Virus record (IMG/VR): IMGVR_UViG_3300037851_000284
Span: 1 to 64,000 of that record
Length of the DNA: 64,000 bases
Strand: one strand, 5' to 3'
Origin: a virus
Lineage: Duplodnaviria > Caudoviricetes
Part shown: piece after piece, positions 20,218-27,414 of the stretch
Layout: every line of letters begins with the position of its first letter
Numbering within the stretch: the stretch's first letter is position 1
Translations under genes and position numbers: made by a program
The notes under the pieces: model-generated
Databases searched by the model: none
What the model was told of the DNA's origin: nothing
What the model saw: only the letters and a program-made list of their open reading frames with translations

Positions 20218-20836
20218 GTTAACCTCATCAAAATGCAAGTTTTGTAATAAAGAAGCTTTATATCAATTGCTACTTACTAAGAAAGCAACAAGCGATGGAA
20301 TTAGAGTATACTGGTTTGGAATTTGCGAGGAACATAAAGACAAAATAAATACTATAATAAGTGGACAATATGATATAGATTTATTATTCTCTGATAAACC
20401 TGAGAAAGAGAGAAGGAGAAGTATAAACCTGAGATCAATGCCAAAATTTAAGTCTCCTTCCTTATTTCAGCATGTAAAAGCACGAAAACAATGTAAATTT
20501 GTTGGATGTACAAATACGTTTGTTGGAGTAGCTAATCAAGATTATTGTAGAGATCCTAGATGTATAGAATTAAGAAACGAATTTAACAGGGCCAAGGAAA
20601 GAAAAAAGCTAAGAGATAACGATGCTATAAACTTAGTCTTATCGTCGAGATACAAGAAAAGACTACATAAAGGACAAGTATTAAAGTTAAGATGTAGAGC
20701 AAAATCGTCTATAGGTACGAGATGTAATAACTATCTTTATATAACGTTTGACCCAAAACAGTCAGTCTATCCGATGTTTTGTGAATGTCATCGGTCAGCA
20801 TATAAGAGATCTAGATTTTATTTACAGAAAGGTTAG
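20147..20836 (+). CDS. Cys-rich hypothetical protein
   Basis: multiple CxxC/CxxxC clusters. Confidence 0.65.
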   Translation: MLPNFEESGKRNMESVITVVRGDRLTSSKCKFCNKEALYQLLLTKKATSDGIRVYWFGICEEHKDKINTIISGQYDIDLLFSDKPEKERRRSINLRSMPKFKSPSLFQHVKARKQCKFVGCTNTFVGVANQDYCRDPRCIELRNEFNRAKERKKLRDNDAINLVLSSRYKKRLHKGQVLKLRCRAKSSIGTRCNNYLYITFDPKQSVYPMFCECHRSAYKRSRFYLQKG

Positions 20837-20980
20837 TAATGCCAAGGATATCAAGTAGTGAGTTGTATATATATTACGAAAACGAAGACGAAGACAAAAT
20901 TACACAGAAAAGAAAAGCAAGAAAAGAAAAGAAAGATAAGAAAAAAAGAGTTAGATTTTCAGAATTACTAGACGAATAAT

Positions 20981-21330
20981 GGGGCTGAACTGATTCGACT
21001 AGTGTAAAACGTATTAACCATATACGGTGGTTGGTAGGATGGCCACCATAAAATCCTACAATTTACAGACGACGATGCAGAATATGCATATCAGTTAGCT
21101 GCCTAATTGAAGGCAGCGAAAGAAATAATAAGTCTGTGATTATTATTTCTACAAACACACAGATAGGGTAACCGAACGGATATTAGAGAAGGGGACCAAA
21201 GAGACGTATATCCAACATCTTGTTATCCAAACTGTGAGAGACAAGATGAAATATTCACAGTTTAACGTATATAAGTAAAGTTAATACATGTAGCATCTAG
21301 GACGGGAGCTCAACCTCCCCAGCTCCACCA
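20981..21330 (+). ncRNA. ssrA: tmRNA; tag (A)DDDAEYAYQLAA at 21068-21106
   Basis: GGGGCTGA 5' end, cagctccACCA 3' end with G3-U pair, pk1-like stems, tag ending LAA-stop. Confidence 0.93.
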
Positions 21331-21335
21331 ACTTA

Positions 21336-21369
21336 TAAAGGGTGGAATTAAAACTTCACCCTTTTATTT
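21336..21369 (+). terminator. terminator after tmRNA
   Basis: aaagggtgg/ttcaccctttt stem plus T tract. Confidence 0.7.
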
Positions 21370-21564
21370 AATTGGCGGGAAATGCTTCACTCTTTGGAAA
21401 TTATAGGGCGTGTAAAACGAGTAAGAATGTTGACATCCCCAATCGGATTGTATCTGATTATGGGTTGCAACTTTTTTCGTGAACAAGAACACGCCTTTAC
21501 ATTGCAGCAATTATCAGCCATTTAGCAGACGTTGGCCGAAATAAATTTTTCTCTTGGGGGTTAT

Positions 21565-21765
21565 ATGGGCTATCTTGGTTCCAATGTCAACGAGGATTAT
21601 TATTCATATCAATTATTGGAAGTAGTTGCGAAGCAAATTGATGATAATGACACAGGTGATTGGAATAAGCTCCAAGATAGCCTGACCGCTGTCGTAGAAA
21701 AATTTACATCAGCCAACAAACGCATTAAGCAAGGGCTAAAGCCACATGCGAAGCGCACGTCTTAA
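21565..21765 (+). CDS. cassette 1 ORF, hypothetical
   Basis: RBS ggggg; reads through attC1. Confidence 0.6.
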   Translation: MGYLGSNVNEDYYSYQLLEVVAKQIDDNDTGDWNKLQDSLTAVVEKFTSANKRIKQGLKPHAKRTS

Positions 21766-21782
21766 TGCGTCACACGTTGGTG
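21711..21782 (+). other. attC-like site 1
   Basis: AGCCAAC; acgcattaag/cttaatgcgt; GTTGGTG. Confidence 0.85.
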
Positions 21783-21830
21783 TAAATGCCACTTGCCTTT
21801 TGAATTATAGGCGGTGGCAAAGGAGATAAA

Positions 21831-22055
21831 ATGTATAGTTTACCTATTGAAGATATGGCAATTGCCACCGCAGAACATTTTAGGAAGGCGAGTGGCACAT
21901 CCACCAACAACGCAAGGGATGCCATTGCCGCATGGGATGAATATGTTAAGTATCATCGTTCTTATAGCGGCCCTGGTTCTTTTATAGAGTCGGATGAAAA
22001 GTGTAAATATTGGTTTATTCTTGGTTATAGTGCGGCAACAGCACCCGTTGCGTAA
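21831..22055 (+). CDS. cassette 2 ORF, hypothetical
   Basis: RBS aaggag; two thirds lies inside attC2. Confidence 0.6.
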   Translation: MYSLPIEDMAIATAEHFRKASGTSTNNARDAIAAWDEYVKYHRSYSGPGSFIESDEKCKYWFILGYSAATAPVA

Positions 22056-22064
22056 ACGTTGCAC
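21902..22064 (+). other. attC-like site 2
   Basis: CACCAAC; acgcaaggg/cccgttgcgt; GTTGCAC. Confidence 0.85.
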
Positions 22065-22106
22065 GCAATAGCGGCCTGAATTTTTAAGCGCGGCGAAAGG
22101 AATAAA

Positions 22107-22472
22107 ATGAAAAAAGTAGTATCAGAATTTATCAACGAAGTCGAGCATATGCTTTCTTGTTGGGATGCCCCGTCATCACAGTCTTGGAATAGAGCATCTA
22201 AGTTATTCGAGGAAGCAAGAAAAGAAATCGCCGCGCAATGTGGTACTCAGGCCGCTACAGTAGCTGCCGTTCCGTCAGCCGCGCAACACGGCCAGCCTGA
22301 AATTTGCCAGCACGCCGAATTGCTCTATTCGCGTTGTAAGTGCACTATTAAAAATTCAATTAACTCCGAAATGTATACTTGCGATGGTAAAGGTCAATAT
22401 ACGGTTGTAAAAAATCTCGGTTACGAATACAGTTACCAGTGCGGTAAAAGTGCTGGTAAACTTCAGGCGTAG
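22107..22472 (+). CDS. cassette 3 ORF, Cys-rich C-terminus
   Basis: RBS aagga; reads through attC3. Confidence 0.65.
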   Translation: MKKVVSEFINEVEHMLSCWDAPSSQSWNRASKLFEEARKEIAAQCGTQAATVAAVPSAAQHGQPEICQHAELLYSRCKCTIKNSINSEMYTCDGKGQYTVVKNLGYEYSYQCGKSAGKLQA

Positions 22473-22484
22473 CCGGCGTTAGCG
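22281..22484 (+). other. attC-like site 3
   Basis: GCGCAAC; cggccagcctgaaatttgccagcac/gtgctggtaaacttcaggcgtagccg; GTTAGCG. Confidence 0.85.
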
Positions 22485-22521
22485 GCAATACCGCCGAGTC
22501 TTAACTTATAGGAGTTCGCCG

Positions 22522-22788
22522 ATGAGTGCAAACGAATCTTTTGAAGCCTTCGCCGAAAGGTTTTATAAAAAATATGGCTTTTTGCCTTTAGGCAAAGATG
22601 ACCCGTGCCGACCTTCTGCCGAAACAATTCTTGCCCGTTTAGGTGAGACATTCGGCGAACTCGAACGGGCGGAATCGGCGGTACGTGCCGCTAACAGGCC
22701 AAGTACGCCATGCTCTGCTTGTGGTCGTGACATGGAATGCCCTAACGGTTGTCAAGCTACGCATCGTAGCGGCATTGTTTTAATGTAG
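22522..22788 (+). CDS. cassette 4 ORF, CxxC...CxxxC tail
   Basis: RBS aggag. Confidence 0.65.
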   Translation: MSANESFEAFAERFYKKYGFLPLGKDDPCRPSAETILARLGETFGELERAESAVRAANRPSTPCSACGRDMECPNGCQATHRSGIVLM

Positions 22789-22818
22789 CAGCACGGCGCA
22801 CTTTGTCAACCGTTGGTG
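22689..22818 (+). other. attC-like site 4
   Basis: CGCTAAC; ggccaagtacgccatgct/agcacggcgcactttgtc; GTTGGTG. Confidence 0.8.
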
Positions 22819-22873
22819 GAAATGCCGTGCCGAGTCTTTGTACTTAGGTGCGGCTTTTTAAAAAGGGGATTTT

Positions 22874-23080
22874 ATGGCTTATTCACCGTTTGAGGAATCA
22901 CAAGAGTATCACGATAGCGTGGCTGGCCGCACAGTAAAAAAGGAGTCGGCACAGCACATACACCAACACGGCCAGCTTGCAATGCCTGGCATTTGTCCAG
23001 ATTGTAACCGTTATCTATTATCGTGTACCCGTCCCGGTGTATTACAGTGTGATGATTTTAAGTCGGCACTGCAAGCGTAG
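22874..23080 (+). CDS. cassette 5 ORF, Cys-rich tail
   Basis: RBS agggga. Confidence 0.65.
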   Translation: MAYSPFEESQEYHDSVAGRTVKKESAQHIHQHGQLAMPGICPDCNRYLLSCTRPGVLQCDDFKSALQA

Positions 23081-23095
23081 CCGGGAACGTTGTAA
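22961..23095 (+). other. attC-like site 5
   Basis: CACCAAC; cggccagcttgca/tgcaagcgtagccg; GTTGTAA. Confidence 0.85.
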
Positions 23096-23143
23096 GCCAT
23101 TGCTGCCCGGCTTTTAAAATATAGGCGCGGCGAAAGGAAAAAT

Positions 23144-23368
23144 ATGTCTCGACATTTTATTAATATGGAATCATGGTTTCCTATCATAATTCAATATGAC
23201 ACAGGAGAAATTTTTAAGTGTAATTCTCCATCAGAAATTATAAATGGTAAATCGTTTCGTGTTTTAGATACAAGATATGCCGCGCATGACATTAAGGAAG
23301 CCGGGCAGAACGGGCTTACAACAACCGTATGCCAAAATGCGGCTGACACTAAGGAATCGGGATTGTAG
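23144..23368 (+). CDS. cassette 6 ORF, hypothetical
   Basis: RBS aagga. Confidence 0.65.
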   Translation: MSRHFINMESWFPIIIQYDTGEIFKCNSPSEIINGKSFRVLDTRYAAHDIKEAGQNGLTTTVCQNAADTKESGL

Positions 23369-23398
23369 GCCGCACTTCGGCATACTCTTCCGTTGTTT
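23316..23398 (+). other. attC-like site 6
   Basis: TTACAAC; gtatgccaaaatgcggc/gccgcacttcggcatac; GTTGTTT. Confidence 0.85.
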
Positions 23399-23434
23399 GC
23401 AATTTCGCTCTTAAATTTATTATAGGAGTTTACC

Positions 23435-23717
23435 ATGACAAATGAGGTTGCTGTACGAAAAATGGAACAATATTTTGAAGGGGCATTGCTGAATCGTGAA
23501 GTTGTGGAAGCATGGCAAACTCTGAAAGCCGCTGTACTCGCTCAACAGACAAACAACAGCGTTAGTGCGCCATGTGAAATATGTAAGTATTCAAAAGACA
23601 AACAACAGCGTTAGTGCGCCATGTGAAATATGTAAGTATTCAAATGAAGCTGCTGATATGTACCCATGTGAGGATTGTTGCCATTGTGGTAACGACCATT
23701 TCACACAGCGCACGTAA
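23435..23717 (+). pseudogene. cassette 7 ORF frameshifted by a 49-bp tandem duplication
   Basis: RBS aggag; stops at 23614; without the duplication it would read ...PCEICKYSNEAADMYPCEDCCHCG...QRT-stop at 23717. Confidence 0.65.
23547..23644 (+). repeat. 49-bp perfect tandem duplication of the R''/L'' half of attC7
   Basis: agacaaacaacagcgttagtgcgccatgtgaaatatgtaagtattcaaa x2. Confidence 0.95.
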
Positions 23718-23731
23718 CGCAAACGTTGCAC
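23551..23731 (+). other. attC-like site 7
   Basis: AAACAAC (x2); gcgttagtgcgc/gcgcacgtaacgc; GTTGCAC. Confidence 0.8.
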
Positions 23732-23772
23732 GCAATAGCCGGTTGCAAACTTTATTGAAAGGGCGGTTTCTA

Positions 23773-24069
23773 ATGTCCAAAGCTAATACGTTGCCACCTA
23801 CTGAGATTTATGATGTTTTACATAAAGCTGAAGCGGTTAATATTATTATTCCAATGTCTGTTGATAAGTGGTGGAGAATAGAAACCGCCATAAATCAAGG
23901 AGCGCAACCGGCTACAGTAGCTGCCGGTGAACCGTCAGCCGTGCAACAGCTAAAGGCTGAAATTGCCGCAATTGCCGATAGATTACAGGGGTTCAATGAC
24001 TGTCCAGATGGTGGTTTTAACGACATTCAGGATTATATCAACCGCTTGCAGCAATTATCAGCCGTTTAG
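23773..24069 (+). CDS. cassette 8 ORF, hypothetical
   Basis: start MSKANT after aaggg; reads through attC8. Confidence 0.65.
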   Translation: MSKANTLPPTEIYDVLHKAEAVNIIIPMSVDKWWRIETAINQGAQPATVAAGEPSAVQQLKAEIAAIADRLQGFNDCPDGGFNDIQDYINRLQQLSAV

Positions 24070-24081
24070 CAGACGTTGGAG
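23941..24081 (+). other. attC-like site 8
   Basis: GTGCAAC; gctaaaggctgaaattgc/gcaattatcagccgtttagc; GTTGGAG. Confidence 0.85.
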
Positions 24082-24086
24082 GCAAT

Positions 24087-24392
24087 ATGGAGAATCTTGA
24101 AATTATGTGCGCCGCCGATGGACCAGCGAAATGCAGTTTCGGGCCGTGGCGTGGAACTCGCGAAGAAGGCTGGTGCGATTTTTTCAACATGAAACAGCCG
24201 TATCGTTTGCCTCCGGGCAAGGTTTGTAAATATGCTGATGGCAAGGAATCTGTAGCGGCGGCGCAAAACATTGCGGATATTCGCCATACAGCCTCCAACA
24301 GGCAAAGGGATGCCATGCCTCAAATAGAACTTGACTTTGGTGGTGTCTTCGATGGGTTCAGTGTTCAAAGCGACGCTGATCCAGGTTTGTAA
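24087..24392 (+). CDS. cassette 9 ORF, hypothetical
   Basis: RBS ggagg is part of the R' box. Confidence 0.65.
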   Translation: MENLEIMCAADGPAKCSFGPWRGTREEGWCDFFNMKQPYRLPPGKVCKYADGKESVAAAQNIADIRHTASNRQRDAMPQIELDFGGVFDGFSVQSDADPGL

Positions 24393-24423
24393 GGGCACGG
24401 CACCCGTTTGCCGGACGTTAGCG
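24293..24423 (+). other. attC-like site 9
   Basis: CTCCAAC; ggcaaagggatgcc/ggcacccgtttgcc; GTTAGCG. Confidence 0.85.
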
Positions 24424-24479
24424 GCAATTAGCTCGGCGGCCATTTAATAGGCCGGGCGCAATTCAAAGGAGCAAACAGT

Positions 24480-24680
24480 ATGCGTCTTGAAGATGCTATT
24501 GATAAGTGCCATGTAAGGTCGGCGGTCTATCGCAAGTCAAATCCGAGTGTGCGGTACTGGAAAAATAATTCGCAGTCAATCCTTGAGCGCGTGCCAGATG
24601 AAGACCGCCTTGCAATGGATTGGGAGGAGCATGACCCACGCGACGAAGATGACGGGTCTTTGTTCATGTTCAACGACTAA
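24480..24680 (+). CDS. cassette 10 ORF, hypothetical (stops before its attC)
   Basis: RBS aaggag. Confidence 0.7.
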   Translation: MRLEDAIDKCHVRSAVYRKSNPSVRYWKNNSQSILERVPDEDRLAMDWEEHDPRDEDDGSLFMFND

Positions 24681-24719
24681 GAGCGCCCGGCAGCATAATA
24701 GGAGCGCCGAGCCAACAGC

Positions 24720-24795
24720 CGCTAACACCTGCATGGTGGCTCGATGACTCGCGCAAATGCCGAAGCGGCACTTCACCATGCAGGGAACGTAAGAA
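24720..24795 (+). other. attC-like site 10 with damaged R'
   Basis: CGCTAAC; cctgcatggtg/caccatgcagg; R' reads gtaagaa, consistent with a 3-nt loss from gttgtaagaaataaa (compare 26888). Confidence 0.7.
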
Positions 24796-24938
24796 ATAAA
24801 GGTTGCTATGCTCATTGGATGTGCCAGCTACTACGAGTCCAGTACGGTGCACCGTAGACTGATACCGTCTTCATGTAGCCTTGTTGGGCACGGCAACCGA
24901 TTATCAAACGTTGCAATTTGTAAATCTTTGGAGGTTAT

Positions 24939-25001
24939 ATGCCCGGCGAAATCAAACCGTGTCCGTTCTGTGGCAGCGTCGAAGCTGGTATGCAGTCATA
25001 A
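24939..25001 (+). pseudogene. truncated Lar-like KPCPFCG fragment in remnant cassette
   Basis: RBS ggagg; MPGEIKPCPFCGS then early stop. Confidence 0.4.
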
Positions 25002-25237
25002 CGGCCAGCGTGCGTTGGTCAAACGTTGTAAGTTCGCTTCGCATATTTTCCGCTCTTTTAATTTCTGGGCGCATTGATAGCACAATCGAGTGTGATTATC
25101 GGTGAGGTTGGATAACAGAGTGCGTCTGCCAACCAATAATAATGCCCCGCTCGGCCCGTACCTATCCGATGGTCGTGGGACTGGCAACAGTGTAATCGGG
25201 CCAGTGCGCCATTTGATATTGTAGAGCGAAAAATACT

Positions 25238-25305
25238 ATACAACAGCCAAAGTATGTTCGCTTCGCAAATTGTTTCACAACTTCATACTTTGGCACATGT
25301 TGAAT
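25238..25305 (+). other. attC-like site (cassette starting 25025)
   Basis: ATACAAC; gccaaagtatg/catactttggc; GTTGAAT. Confidence 0.8.
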
Positions 25306-25319
25306 TGGAGGAGGTTGCT

Positions 25320-25571
25320 ATGTGGAATCATTCAGAGGGTTTGCCACTAAGAGATTTTTTCGCTACGGAAATACTCAAGAGGCTTATGTTGCGTTATAGG
25401 CAGCCAGGATACTCAGATCATGCCGCTATCAACGAAGCGTATCAGTTAGCTGATTATATGGTGGAGTGTCGGAAGTCCGCAACTGCAAAAACAGCGGAAT
25501 CGAGCCAACATCCACCAACAGCACCATGCCAAAACACCATAGGAAATTATGGTTGTGAAAATATGTTATAA
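25320..25571 (+). CDS. cassette ORF, LRD(F/Y)FA...AY..AD.M family phage protein
   Basis: RBS ggagg; recurrent phage motif. Confidence 0.65.
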   Translation: MWNHSEGLPLRDFFATEILKRLMLRYRQPGYSDHAAINEAYQLADYMVECRKSATAKTAESSQHPPTAPCQNTIGNYGCENML

Positions 25572-25601
25572 TGGCGCATCAGCATATCGCAAACGTTGGC
25601 T
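25513..25601 (+). other. imperfect/hybrid attC-like site
   Basis: CACCAAC and aaacGTTGGCT present but L arms pair poorly. Confidence 0.5.
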
Positions 25602-25704
25602 TTTTGAGTTATAGGTCGCATAAGAAAGGAAAATATGAAGTCTTGGATGATTAGAACGGATCATATACTTATGAACACGCGTTCGTATACCAATACTCAG
25701 TAGA

Positions 25705-25956
25705 ATGGAATATCTAATGGAATCAGAAGAACAACGCAAATTATATGAAAAAGAAACTGGGAAACATTGGTTGAACACATTTTCTTGTTTTGGTCCGTCT
25801 GTTGAGTATGTAGAATGGTTGGAAGACAAAATTGCTACACAACAATACGACGCCATACCATGTAATCAGCACGGAAAACAGTCATCGGTTATATCGGTGT
25901 GTCCTACTGGAAAATTTGAATGTGGCCTATCTCCGTGTATGATTACACGAAGTTAG
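25705..25956 (+). CDS. last cassette ORF, hypothetical
   Basis: EKETG...YVEWLE; QQ at R''-like ACACAAC; Cys-rich tail. Confidence 0.55.
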   Translation: MEYLMESEEQRKLYEKETGKHWLNTFSCFGPSVEYVEWLEDKIATQQYDAIPCNQHGKQSSVISVCPTGKFECGLSPCMITRS

Positions 25957-26105
25957 TGGAGAATAAGTACATGAAAATTCTACGTCGAACTTCTTATAGT
26001 CCTATCTAGTGTTTGTACTATAGGTTTAATACTATTTGGTATATTTTACATCACAGTATCTCTAGATGGCAAAAGCAAAAATCTTAATAAAGATAAATAT
26101 AATAA

Positions 26106-26444
26106 ATGAACATAATAAAAGTATCTGAAAAGCTCATAAACAAGAATGATCCAAATTTATTTGTAACCATCTTAGATCATGATGGAGACAAATATTTAAT
26201 AAGAATAAATTCAACGTCTATAAGAGCCGTAGTATCGGAAAGTTATCTAGATTCACAAAAATGGATAAAGCACGAAGGAACACAAAATGACCAAAATAAG
26301 AAGAACTCCACTTCAAACAACGGAAAGAGTACAGAAAAACAAGGGAAAAGAGAAACAAGTAGCCCTGTATACAAAGAAACTGAATCTTCTAATAACAGGA
26401 ACAAATCCAGAAGACCATCAAAAACTGGCAGCCGATCTTCATAA
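26106..26444 (+). CDS. hypothetical protein
   Basis: ORF track. Confidence 0.45.
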   Translation: MNIIKVSEKLINKNDPNLFVTILDHDGDKYLIRINSTSIRAVVSESYLDSQKWIKHEGTQNDQNKKNSTSNNGKSTEKQGKRETSSPVYKETESSNNRNKSRRPSKTGSRSS

Positions 26445-26584
26445 GTTTATAGGAAGCCATCCGCTTATAGTTGGTGGAAAGGGAAAAAGGCACTTACATG
26501 TAGTTAGAGGGTCTTCTATTCCAACTAAAATATTCGATGGTATAGTATAATAAGAGAACCCAAGCTATTAATACCAAGTTCTAT

Positions 26585-26659
26585 ACCACCGTAGCCCAAC
26601 TGGTATGAGGCAACCGCCTTAGAAGTGGTACAGTGTAGGTTCGAATCCTATCGGTGGTA
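26585..26659 (+). tRNA. tRNA-Leu(TAG), short variable loop
   Basis: accgc-ct-TAG-aa-gtggt; 5-nt variable loop. Confidence 0.88.
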
Positions 26660-26739
26660 TAAGATAAATCTATTAATATTTAAGAATTGGAAACTTTTCA
26701 TTAGTTTATTTTATACAGTTTAAATTTTATAGTACCATC

Positions 26740-26814
26740 GGGCGCGTAGCTCAATTAGGTAGAGGCAGCAGCCTTAAGAGCTGCGTGTTGAGAGTTCGAA
26801 TCTCTCCGCGCCCA
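26740..26814 (+). tRNA. tRNA-Leu(TAA), short variable loop
   Basis: gcagc-ct-TAA-ga-gctgc; 5-nt variable loop. Confidence 0.88.
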
Positions 26815-27036
26815 TTTATTTATAATGAATATTATCAAAAAAAGAAAATGTGCCGTTGGATGAAGTATATACTTTTATATGCACATAGTTGTAAGAAATA
26901 AACGTGTTCCTCAAAAATGTTCAGCGCGGGACGGATTATTGATGATGCCGAAGCAGGGTTTGTCGGACATTTTTACCCCAAACGTCTCACCGAATTATAA
27001 ACCGCGCCTATCAAATTCAAAGAACACGTTTATTTC

Positions 27037-27095
27037 TTACAACAACCGTGTTACGCAAGCCCAAAGTGGCCAGCGCAACACGGTGAACGTTGTGC
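27037..27095 (+). other. 59-bp attC-like site
   Basis: TTACAAC; accgtgttacgc/gcgcaacacggt; GTTGTGC. Confidence 0.88.
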
Positions 27096-27130
27096 AAAAG
27101 TTTTAACGCTTTGAAATTGTAGGAGCAGCG

Positions 27131-27403
27131 ATGAAAACGAAAGAAGAATTGATATTTCAGGCTTTAGGTGCAGCGTCAATGTGTTGGACTGGTGCGCCGT
27201 CAGGTACGTTTGATATAAACAGGTGTAAACAGATAGGTGACGAACTAATCGCCGCCCTGGAAAATGCGGAGGCGTTAAAACCTTCGCACAACAGCGCCAG
27301 CCTGTTATGTGATGACTGTATACATAGTCATGGAAATTATTGCCTGCTGGGTGTTAATCACTGTATTCGTGCGGCAGAAGATTTTTACACACGAAAGGCA
27401 TAG
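27131..27403 (+). CDS. array-2 cassette ORF, Cys-rich tail
   Basis: RBS aggag; reads through attC. Confidence 0.7.
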   Translation: MKTKEELIFQALGAASMCWTGAPSGTFDINRCKQIGDELIAALENAEALKPSHNSASLLCDDCIHSHGNYCLLGVNHCIRAAEDFYTRKA

Positions 27404-27414
27404 CCGCGTTGTAG
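27286..27414 (+). other. attC-like site
   Basis: GCACAAC; gccagcct/aggcatagc; GTTGTAG. Confidence 0.7.

Larger units (their letters stand above)
21371..25960 (+). mobile_element. integron-like gene-cassette array 1 (about 15 units including remnants; no integrase in window)
   Basis: serial ..AAC/hairpin/GTT.. sites with self-matching R boxes, one small ORF per unit, GC visibly higher than flanks. Confidence 0.85.

Noticed and set aside
21430-21465. TTGACA as a Pc-like array promoter
   Set aside because: No convincing -10 at 16-18 bp spacing
24995-25031. Complete mini attC (TCATAAC...GTTGTAA)
   Set aside because: R'' does not match the unit's own GTTGCAA start and the arms are too short; treated as a remnant, although the 25025 boundary itself is supported
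25847-25958. Complete attC for the last cassette of array 1
   Set aside because: ACACAAC and GTTAGTG are present but the arms pair weakly
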